Program-made: the position numbers and the translations under genes | DNA from: Raillietiella orientalis | Taxonomy: Eukaryota | Direction: 5' to 3' | Assembly (NCBI GenBank): GCA_036172245.1 | Contig: JAYWIR010000001.1 | Location: forward strand, 310,001 to 374,000 | DNA length: 64,000 nucleotides | Notes under the pieces: generated by a model | Seen by the model: the letters and a program-made list of their open reading frames with translations, nothing else | Databases searched by the model: none | What the model was told of the DNA's origin: nothing | Shown here: positions 26,355-36,707 of the stretch, in pieces | Layout: each line of letters begins with the position of its first letter | Position numbering within the stretch: the first letter of the stretch is position 1

Positions 26355-26800
26355 TCCGGGATTGGAAGCGGACCTTCCGTGGTCTCCTCATGAATCGAGG
26401 AGTTTGGAGCTCCCAACCGCTCGTGCAAATGAAGGATTTCCTCCCTCTTCCTTCGGGAAGAATCCTTCATCGCGTGCTATGGAGCTGGTGGTTGATATCC
26501 CCTCGGCGGGTCGCCTCTCCTGAACGTAAGAAGCCTCTGCTTCCTTCAGGAGCGCCCTTCAGAGAAATTGGGAAGCGTCCCTTCAGGGTTGCCTACCAAG
26601 CGTAGGAGGAACGGATTCCTCCCTCCGGGGTCCCTCCGGGTTTATCCCCTAATTCGAAGGGTTCCATTTATCCCCTGGTGGCATGGAACAGTGTCAAATA
26701 GCTTCATGAGTCCCCCTTAAGGAGCGAACGGTTCTTCAGCACACTCCGAGAACCAAAGAAGAAAAAAAGAAAAGCAGGAGAAGCAGAAGAGCCCAACAGT
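26355..26800 (+). mobile_element. Dispersed repeat copy C
   Basis: Encodes ...SERFFSTLREPKKK, similar to the GEKxTKFFF linker motif of L1/Tx1 ORF2. Homologous to copies A, D and E. Confidence 0.65.
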
Positions 26801-27061
26801 GACAACCCACCATGCTAGTAACATCCCGTAGTTACGATCTCTTCGTGAGGTCGCTGCTAACCGTTTGGGAAAAGCAACAGCGGTCATCCCGTATCCCACC
26901 CGGTTCTGGTGCGCTTCCGCCAAGTGGTGGCGCGAGTGTTCTTTCAGTCGTCGTAAAGCCATGTCTCGTCCGGCCATTTCCTTCCCTTTTCATGCGGACC
27001 CTGCGATTTGACCCGGACTACTCACCGTGCCCCCATGATCTGACTTTCAGGTGTGTTTTAG

Positions 27062-27188
27062 GTAACGACATCGTGGCCCTTGTCTTTCAAGATGCGAACA
27101 CGCCTTTCGTACCAACCATGATTGTCTCCCACTTCCTGCATGCCTTTGTGGTCGTTCAAGTGATTGAACCCAATTCACCGAACACCAG
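27062..27188 (+). CDS. RAP1GAP: Rap1GAP exon 6 (catalytic Asn-thumb, RKRHIGND)
   Basis: tttag acceptor, GTAAAG donor. Encodes (G)[41 protein letters not shown](R). Phases match the flanking exons. Confidence 0.96.
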
Positions 27189-29266
27189 GTAAAGACACCA
27201 TCGTAGTCGCCATCGCATGCGACCGCCACTCGATTTTCGTCCAAGTGAATGTTTGTTGTTGTCGTCGTTTGACTGATTCTTGTTGGGAGCCACTTGAATG
27301 TGCGCCGTTCGTGGAGCCTTCGCCAGGGAAGTCGGCACGCAGGCACACCGGTGTTCCAGAGCAGCCTTCTCGTTGGAAGGAGGTGCGGTCGTGTGCTTGC
27401 CAAACGGAGGGGTCACGCCTTCGCAAGGGAAACAGCGCCATAGCAGAGTGTTGCTGGAATCCATTGCAGTGAGGCATGGCAACCCTGGCTGCTCGATGAT
27501 AGGGAGCGAGGTTTCCCGCCTCTGTCGCCAGCGCCTCCTCCCCTTCCGTGAAACCGAATCCTACCTCTTGTGCGTGGTAACCATGAACGGCGCAGAGCGG
27601 CAACAGGGAGGAGGCCTTTGCTGTTCCTCATCACCTGACCACCTCGGTTTCAAGGATCCTCGGGTTTCACGGTTGCCGATGATCTGCCGATGTCCAGAAA
27701 TCGAATCTGCTACCTTTCGCCGCTGCTCGACTTTCGCCTCCGTGCTTCAGCTGCGTCTTCGTCTTGTACTGATGACGTAGAGATGGGTTTTCGTCGTCGT
27801 TTGCTGCTTGCAGTTGAGCGAAGGTGACGGTCAGTTCTGTTTCGCACCCTGAAGCAGTTCGTACGGGTGGTCGAATTGCTATCCCCCTTTCCCGGAGTCC
27901 TCCTTTCTGTGTGTTTCTGGTTCTTTCTTCTGGTGCGCGATTCCTAATGGATGTGTTTCCGGTGTCGGAGCTGCTCCTGTGTTGGACTGTGATGATTCGC
28001 CAATTTTTTTCTCGTGGGTCACTCGTCTGGTTCATCCCACTCGTAAGGTACGCCTCTCGTAGCTTTCTTGGGTCAAGTTTCCCTTTTCTCTCTATATGTA
28101 TATGTATTGCCGCAGGGGACTTGGGTTACACATATGCTGTCCTCCCCCTCCCCCCAATTTACATGTGGCGGGTTTCAGTCAGGTTACTTTCGACGTGCGG
28201 AATAGGGAAGGACCTGTGTTTCTAATGTGTACATCACAGAGTTCTGTGGGAACGCTCCTGCAGATGTGGTTGCGGGTCAGGGGGTGCGCTATCACTGTCA
28301 GGTGGCCCATAAAGAATCAGCTGATTGAATGCCTAATTGCAGTGAGCCAATTAAGCTGCCTTAAGGAACCCGGTGAGAACAGGCTCAATGATTACACCTT
28401 GCATCAGAGAAACGGAGCCCATAAATGGGTCCGTACGGTTGCTGAAAGGCGTTCTCATATCCTTCGCTGGTTTCCTGTGCTTGTGAAAGCCAGCAAAAAG
28501 GCTCTCCAAGACCTTTGTAGATATCTGATGTTTTTCCCTTCATCTGTGGTCGCATTCCTCCGGAATCTCGTTTCTCCTCTTCCTGATTTTGCTGATGTGA
28601 TCTCGCGGTCCTTTTTTTTTTTTTTATTGTTATTATTATAATTGTGATTTCAAAAAAATTTTTTTTTTTGGATTGCTTCAATAAGTCAAAACAATCCAGA
28701 CTTGGTCGACAGACCAAGGTGACACGCCGCTTCCGGGTGGCCAAATCCCTCTTCCCTCCATACGTTCGGGGCTTCAATGGGCCCAAGCGCCCGTGAAAAC
28801 CGGGTGGCGTTTGCATGCACGAAACGTTTTCAAGCATCAAGAGGAATTCGTTTGCCCCAGCAGGCCGAATGCTGGAACAAAGATGGTACTCGATCACAAA
28901 GATATGTAGGATACGGGAGTATGGATTCCGCGTCCGTAACAGTAGGCGTCGTTCCAAGTAAGCGGATGTTGGAGAAAGGTGTGGCTATTTAGTGGTTTCT
29001 TTTTGGCATTTGGTTGTTATCCGTGGCACGATATTGTCTCGAGTGCCCTTCGCATCAGCCAAGAGATGCCCGAGAAGAATGCTACGTGCATGTTCGTGGG
29101 TACTTTGATGTGTGTGCGTGGTTTCTGGAGCCTTAGGTTGTTGTTCTTGAGAGATCAAAACTAGGAACAGAAATTTTCTGGAAAGTTCTTTCTTCGCGGA
29201 TGAATCTGTGACGATAACTCAGGTTCCAGGGGAGATTCTCTTCAAATTTTCTTTCTCCCATCGTAG

Positions 29267-29432
29267 ATACAAAGTGTCCATCACGGCAAGAGACGACGTC
29301 CCGTTCTTCGGCCCCATGTTGCCGAATCCTGCAGTTTTCAGAAAGGGACCTGGGTTCCGAGAATTCCTGCTGACGAAACTGGTAAACGCCGAACTGGCCT
29401 GCCTTAAAGCGGAAAAATTTCACATGATGGGA
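29267..29432 (+). CDS. RAP1GAP: Rap1GAP exon 7
   Basis: Encodes [57 protein letters not shown] donor. Confidence 0.96.
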
Positions 29433-29485
29433 GTAAGTCCTGCATCCCCATGTCCCGAAACGGTTGCAACCCAATGGCCATCCAG

Positions 29486-29719
29486 TGTAGAACGAGGATG
29501 TCGATTTTTTCCACATTGGTGTCCACCCTGCGCCAAAAGACGTTCGAATTCTCCGGTTTCATGCTGGAGTCTCCCAAGCCGGACATGGGACAGTCGAATC
29601 GGTTTCTGAACCAAGTGAGAAAGGCGCTGAGTTCCAAGTCGCGCAATCAGGACAGCACGTCGGTGCGTCGCCTCTCCAGCTGCAGCGGGGGATCTCCGAA
29701 TGTTGACAGCAGCAATCAC
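29486..29719 (+). CDS. RAP1GAP: Rap1GAP exon 8
   Basis: Follows a 53-bp intron. Encodes [15 protein letters not shown]... (the RTR end of the GAP domain). GTAAGG donor. Confidence 0.88.
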
Positions 29720-29773
29720 GTAAGGCGCAATGAAAGCTCACTCTGGTCCCCACCTCGGAAACGTGCCGTCTAG

Positions 29774-29841
29774 ATGCGGCTGTCGACCTCCTCGTCCGGG
29801 AAGGTAACTTCGCAGGAAGTTACGTCAGAAAGAATGTCCCT
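29774..29841 (+). CDS. RAP1GAP: Rap1GAP exon 9
   Basis: Flanked by two 54-bp introns (tag acceptor, GTAAGT donor). Restores the phase needed for exon 10. Confidence 0.78.
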
Positions 29842-29895
29842 GTAAGTTCCACCGCCTGAAAGACGCTCTGCTTTGTTACGCTCGTGGTTGCGTAG

Positions 29896-30124
29896 GTTGA
29901 TATTGTCCGAGTCGGATGACTCCTCTCTGAACAGCGTGGAGATAGAAAGGTGCGTTCCCGCAGGGCAGGAAGACCACAGCACTGCCGACGTCATCTCCAA
30001 GAGCCCCCCGACGACCTCATCTTCCATTTTCGATTTCGACAAAGCAAATTCAGAGAAAGAACGGTATGAGGAAGAGATCAGCCAGCTGAAATTGGACAAA
30101 CTGGATCTTCTGAAACAGAATGTG
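29896..30124 (+). CDS. RAP1GAP: Rap1GAP exon 10
   Basis: Encodes SESDDSSLNSVE...EEEISQLKLDKLDLLKQNV (start of the C-terminal coiled coil). GTAAGA donor. Confidence 0.88.
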
Positions 30125-30167
30125 GTAAGATGCGAACCGGCAGTTCACGATTGGATGCCCGCTCCAG

Positions 30168-30299
30168 TCTTGCCAGCGAGAAATCAAGACGCTGAAGGAA
30201 ACTGTCATCCGTCTGCAGCAGCAGCTCTGCACCACCTCAAGAGAAACCCAAAGACTTCGATCTATGGCGAGAGAGATAACGACGGACTCCATAGTCTGA
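30168..30299 (+). CDS. RAP1GAP: Rap1GAP last coding exon
   Basis: Follows a 43-bp intron. Encodes SCQREIKTLKETVIRLQQQL...ITTDSIV*. The spliced CDS totals 1824 nt and stays in frame. Confidence 0.87.
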   Translation, partial: SCQREIKTLKETVIRLQQQLCTTSRETQRLRSMAREITTDSIV

Positions 30300-32869
30300 T
30301 TTCCCAGTGCTTATTTATTGTGTGGCAAAAGACCATTTCGGTGAATGAGATGTTTTTTTTTTTTTTTCCTAACCAAAGCTGATAAAAAGATTTATCAAAC
30401 CAAATAATGGACCACTGAGGTTACAAATGATGGCCCGTTGAAGATTGTTTGACGTTGAAGTCATCTGTGATGTTGTATGCAAAACAATTCCTGAGATAAA
30501 TTATATGATAATATTTTCAAAGTCGTTCAACCGTGTTCTTTCATCACCCCCAGTGTGTTGAATCGAAAGTGTTTCCTGCATAAATTCTCAAACCTTAACA
30601 GCACAGTTCCGAAATTTCGAAAGGATTCGTGCATGAAACCGTTCAAGGCGTCCATGTGAATGTTTGGGTGCTGTGGAAAAGGTTCCCCCCCCCCTTCCTT
30701 CTTTCTCTCCCTTTCCCTCCCCCCCCCCCAAGAAAATCCCATGGTGGGTAGTAGGGGTCACCGGCCAGTTTCTTTCACTTTGGTCATAAAGTTGTCCTCT
30801 AGAGCTCGCAGTGCCATTGAAATGGAACTTCTGGTGAAACGGATTCAGCTGTGATTAAGTCGTTTCATTTCATTTCCGCGAGTAATCTGCGATTGCTCAC
30901 GGAAATGAAATTCGTCGCTCGCTCCCCACTTCTCTTTCGGATCTCCTGCTCAGCTGCCCCCGGTTTTCTGCCTGCTCGGAAGAAGATTCCCGCATCCACC
31001 CTTCCCTCGATTCACCAAACTGCGTGTTTATGAAGTTTCGGAAGAGACGATTTTCCGTTCCATCCGCCCACGGCGTTTCTCATTACGTTTAAATGCAGAA
31101 AACAACCGTTCTTTGAGTGCACAGCAAAGGTCACTTTCACGTGCCGAGGAGAGGGCTGCGCGCTTTCCGTCGATCCTTCCGCTTGGGCAAAGCAGAACGC
31201 CGTGGTGCTGCATGATCAAGGAAACGGGTGTGGCTCGTGATCTCCCTGAAAGCTTCCTCTTCTCGGCGAACCTCGAATCGCCCAGCAGGCGAGCGTCCAG
31301 GGTTCCCGTTTTTTTCCCCTTTCCCGGAACGCGCTCTCCCTGGAGTGTCCGCAGGCAAACCGCTCAAGAAGTCGCCTTCCTCCGTGGAAGTTTCGCCTCT
31401 TCAGCACGGATGTCGGGGGAAACGCGAAGGAAGAGAAGAGCCGCAAGAGGGAGAAAAGAAGGAGAGGTAGCGAGGAGCCGTGCGCTTAGCACAGGACGAC
31501 GCAAACAGGGCGGACCAACGGCGGCCGCCGTCATGGTAACCGACGGAGACGGCGGACGGACAGTCCGATGCCAGCAGCGCCGTAATCGGAGGAGTCGGGA
31601 AGGAGGAAAAAGCCTTCATGATCTGCCGTCGTAAATCTTCCCGTTGATCAATTAAGTGCCCCGTTCCACAGAGCCTTCTAGGAAGATTTCTTTCGACCAC
31701 GGTAACTGGGTCCAGCGCATTCCTGAAATTAATCACAGATCGATTCTTCGGTAATTCTTGCTACTCCCAAACCCGGTCAAAACTGTACACATCGGTGCCC
31801 TATCAAGTTGTTTTTATTTTATTTTATTTTTTTTACAAAAGCACGGTGCAAAATGCAGTTCGGATTTACAATATTTCCTGAAGTGAGGGGATGCCCACAA
31901 GCCAGAAGTGCATCCGAAAGTCAATCTGATGACTCCGTTTGGAGATTACCTGGCGCAGTTACCGAGATTGGACCGGGGCTCCAAGAGCATTCGGTTCTTC
32001 TGATCAGGAAGGGAAAGTCCTTCCTCAAATCGATCGTTCGGACTTTCGGCAGCGTGCTTTGTGCTTCCCGTGAACAACCACCCGAAGATTCCGATTGCCC
32101 AAACCGCAGGGCCGCCTAATTTCACGCAGCCGCCACGGTGTATGCTCAAATGGAAGGTTCATCTTGGCCACGGAGAGTCCGTCTGCCTCTTTAGCGGGAA
32201 GGCTGCGTTTCTTAAGGAGCCTTCTTGCGCGTGCGGGAATTTTTTTTTTTTTCCTTCTTTTCCCCAGCGGTCGGTGGGCGCTGCCCCGCCTCTCCCCGTC
32301 GACCCCCCCCCCCCCTGCCCGCAACCACGTAAAAAGGCGCGCGCTCGCGCACGATGACCCGTTTCACAAGGAAGAGGTCCTTGCTTGCCACTCTGGCGAG
32401 CCGCAGGGGAAGAGGAAGCGGATCGTCCAGCTTCGGGAAAGGACAGCTTCCAACGAGTTGCACATGGAACATGGCGGCGGTTCCTTCCTTCGCACGTGAC
32501 GATTTCCCGGTCCCGTGCGGAACGTTCTTTCCGACCGGCCGGGCCGGGGGTGCCGACTCGCCGGCCACCCCACTTGCCCCTTCGAGTACGCCGAGGGTCT
32601 CGATGGCGGAGCAGCTGACGGGCATCAGCCCCTCCGGGCTTTCTAGACGGAAGCCCGGAGGCCTCAGCTCTTCCCTTTGGACCGTCGCTGCTGCAGCAGC
32701 ATCCCCCCCCCCCGCCCGCGAACCGAAGGAGAAGCCCGCAAGTGCCGCATCTCGGCGGGAATCGGCCCGTCGCCCATCAGAGAAGGAAGATGGGGAAACG
32801 CACGTGCGCCCCATCCCGCGCGAATTCGTACCAACGTGCGTCGTCCACAGCAGTTCCTCCTATTTATCT

Positions 32870-34620
32870 TAACGTACACATTAGTAATATGTCGACACGC
32901 ATGTATTTATTAAGATTCAGTGGCATGCACTTTATTAATATAATAGACGAGACGGTGTCGATTAAATTGTTGATACGTATGTGTTAAATGTTATAAAAAT
33001 GAATGTGTATGTTTCTTGTGTACATCGATATTTGCAGGTAATGTAAATATATATTTGAATATAAATATATACACGCACGCAGATGTATATGTGCGCGTGT
33101 GCATAATACACATACAGAAAGAAATCCAAGTGGATACCTGGGTATACATTCGGATGTATTTCTATACGTAAGGAATGTACGCCTAATGAATACATGAATA
33201 TCAAATTTTCTTTTTTGTTTATTTAATTTGTTTGGGTTTTTATTCTGCCTTTTTCCACAATTACCTCAAATTTTCAAAAATTCAATATTTATATATTCAT
33301 TTAATGTATCCAAAAGTATGTATCAATGCATTATAATGACCATATGATATATGTGTTCTTTTATGATCTCTCTAAACGTACTCTAATTGACATATAAACA
33401 TCTTTGCGTGCATATATATGGGAATACATATAATGAACATATATATTTATTTTTTATAATTCTCATGATATACAGTAATCCATATATTAATCTTTATATG
33501 AATATATGTATAATAAGCGCATGTATTTATTCATTATAATCTTTCTAATATGTATTCATATGTACTAAACTTTATATAAGCATACCTCAACAATGTAATC
33601 CACAACTTATTAATTACTTTAATAAAATGTATGCCACTGAATCCTCATAACTGCCTATTCGAAAAGCCTATCTGTTATCACTGTTCATAACACGTATGTT
33701 AATAAATATGAATAGCCTGTGAATATATAGAATAAGCACATTTATTTATTCACTGTAATATTCCGAGCACACACGAATCCATATATTCATCTTTATATAG
33801 TAAGCATACATATTTATTCTTTTATAACGTTTGATGTGTATATCAACAATGTAATCAAGAACTTATTCATAATATTTATGGTATGTATCCTCAAAACTGT
33901 AAATAAATATATTTTACCATTAATCATAGATATGTGGACAATAATGATACATAGATGCAAAATAATAACTGCTGTTAAAATAAATTCGTACATCAATCTA
34001 TAGGTGAACATATATGTTGTTATAAGTAACATCTATATATTTTATGATGTTTAATGCATAATCAACAGTGTATTCATTATTTTAATAAAATGTATGTCAC
34101 TGAATCCTTATTAATTATGTTAATAAAACATATGCCCCACATACACACCCATATATGTATATATATATGTGTGTATATATTTATGTTCATATAGACATAT
34201 GTTTATATTATCTATGAATATTGACGATATAATGTTTATGGTGTATATATATAATAAACATTTACATTAATTTTGTTAATAAAATGCATGTCACGCACAC
34301 ACACACATTTAGTCTTCATTATGTATAGCACACGCACACACATGTATAATGCATGTATGTGACATATTTACATACATATAAATATATGTATCTGTGTATG
34401 AATGTAACATAAATATTTGAATATAAATATGTATATACACATATATATTTATATTATCTATGAATATTGATGTATATGTTAAGCCTACACATTGAGTTTT
34501 CGTATCTTTAACGTACATACCAAGCGTGTTCATTTAGCTTATAACAGCTTATTTATTGCATTAAAAAAATGCATGTTAATTACCAACTAGGTATCACTAT
34601 GCATAATTAAAACAAATTCT
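32870..34620. repeat. AT-rich island with degenerate internal repeats
   Basis: Recurring blocks include atccatatatt.atctttatat, caacaatgtaatc...aacttatt and tttaataaaatgtatg.cactgaatcct. Confidence 0.7.
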
Positions 34621-36426
34621 CAAGGAATAAGCAGGCGTGTGTTTACGTTTCCCGTGACCTTTCGGGGTGTCGAGCCAGACGCCCCCAGCCACGCGGTGGG
34701 AGCCGCGCCTGCGCTGCGGGGCTCTGGGGGTGGGCAGCCCTACGTTTGGAGAAATCCCGTCTTTCGACCGTTCGGGATCCTTCGCACCGGGCCCCATCGG
34801 CCCCATCCCGGCCGTGGCATCCCCCACGCTGCGTAACCCCGCTGGTCTTCGCTCGCGCGCGCGCAACGCTCCCAGGAAGAAACGCGCAAAAAGCCAACCT
34901 ACTTCGCACGCGACCAAGGAGAGAGGGGCGCGCGCAGCGTGGGAGACACCAGGGGGACGCTTCGAAAATAGGTGGCGGACACCCGACCTATTTTCGCGTT
35001 CTGGATGCCCGACGCCAGCTGCCCTTTGACTTGGTTCGGGAGGTGACCGCAGGAGGGGAATCCTCGCCGCTCATCCCATTACGCGCGCGGAAGGAGGCGG
35101 CTCTGGGGAGTGCCTCGGAGACGCCCGCGTCCCGGTCTCCGTGATGGAGGACCGTCGCGGAATGGAATCCCTCCGTGCTCCGTCCATCCTGTCTCCGAGC
35201 GCAGGGCCACGCTCGCACGCGCGAGGGAGAATCCCCGATAGCTTGCGCGCGTGCAGCCAGGAAGCCGGCCGGAGCACGAAAACAGAAATCATCGCGTTCG
35301 ATTGGTCCCCCGTGCAGATCGCAGCCTCCAGCCTGAACTCCGTCTGACCGGATCCGTGATGTGGATTTGGGGAACGCTCCGAGGACAGGCTTTTCCGGCA
35401 CACGCCAGGCGGGAGGGAGCGACGCCTCGACCCCCCATGGTCGAGCAAGGGTCGCGCGAGTCCAGAGTTCCCCCCGGTTCGGTCCACGCGCGCGCACGGA
35501 TCTCCTTGACGTTTCCTCTTCGGAGCGCTTCCACCCGGTCGAGGTGGCCGATTCTTTGACTGCTCTCGCGAGGCGAGGCCAATTTGCAAGAAGTGGAAAG
35601 CGGCGGGCCAAACCCACCCTTCGCCCGGCGAGCGGGAGGGGAACACCACTAATTGGAGACGGAGCTTGGGGGCTGGAAGGCGGCTGGCTGGTGCGCTTCG
35701 AGGCCCTCGTTTCATCTTTCCAACGGACGGCGGAAAACAACGACACCCGCAGGCGGAATCCTTCCGCAAGCGAGCTGGAACGGACGCCCGGAGCGCCATC
35801 TCCCAGGGAAGTAGGCAGTGGCGGCTTCCGTCCGTCGATCAGAACAGGCCAGAAGACTTCCGACGCTCCCGTCAAATTCATGAGCCGAGGCGGGTCGGTG
35901 GTGGTCGTCAGGCAACGACAGACATCCTCTCGGGACCATCCTGGCCCCAGCATCGGGCGCAGGGCCCGGCTGGAGCCATTCCATGAAGTGTCAGATGCGC
36001 TGACCGGAAAGGAGGCGGCGGCTTCTCTTTAACTTTCGGAAGGGGCCGACTCGCGATCGTAACCAGTATTGCCAGCTTACAATTGCTTATTATTATTATT
36101 ATCAAGCATTAGAGATTTAAGATGAGTTCTCAAGCTTCACAACAATCTTGAAATATGTGTGAATATATACATTCCAAGATGTTAGTCAGATATTAGTCAT
36201 AATTTGTATACATATATACATACAATTATATACATAAATATATAAAAGTTAATCGAAATTATGGTCAGCACTACAGTCATTTATATATATATATATATAT
36301 ATATAAAATCACATGTTGACTGTAATGCTGACTAAAATCATTGTATAGATCACTATGTATAATAATTTAACCGAAATTATATATATATATAATCCATACA
36401 TCAGTCCTCATGTGTATGTATACATA

Positions 36427-36707
36427 AAGACTAATACATGGATGAATGTATACATATATACATAATCTTTAACCGAAAGTATGGTTAGCATTACAGTGAG
36501 CATTCGATTATATATATATATATATATATATGTAATTATATCGTGTATCGCATATATTACATATAGAAAATCTGTCATATATATATACATCGGTTAAAGA
36601 TCATACATGTGATTATATATATATAATCAAATGTTAACTATAATGCTAGCCATACTTTCGGTTCAAGATTATGTATATATGTATACTTTTATCCATGTAT
36701 TAGTCTT
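36427..36707. repeat. Long inverted repeat (arms about 36427-36520 and 36614-36707)
   Basis: aagactaatacatggat...ccgaaagtatgg.tagcatta is mirrored by taatgcta.ccatactttcgg...atccatgtattagtctt, roughly 90% complementary. Confidence 0.9.

Noticed and set aside
27041-27061. Competing upstream acceptor 11 nt before Rap1GAP exon 6
   Set aside because: It would frameshift the catalytic motif and lies only about 6 nt from a likely CTGAC branch point, so use is unlikely.
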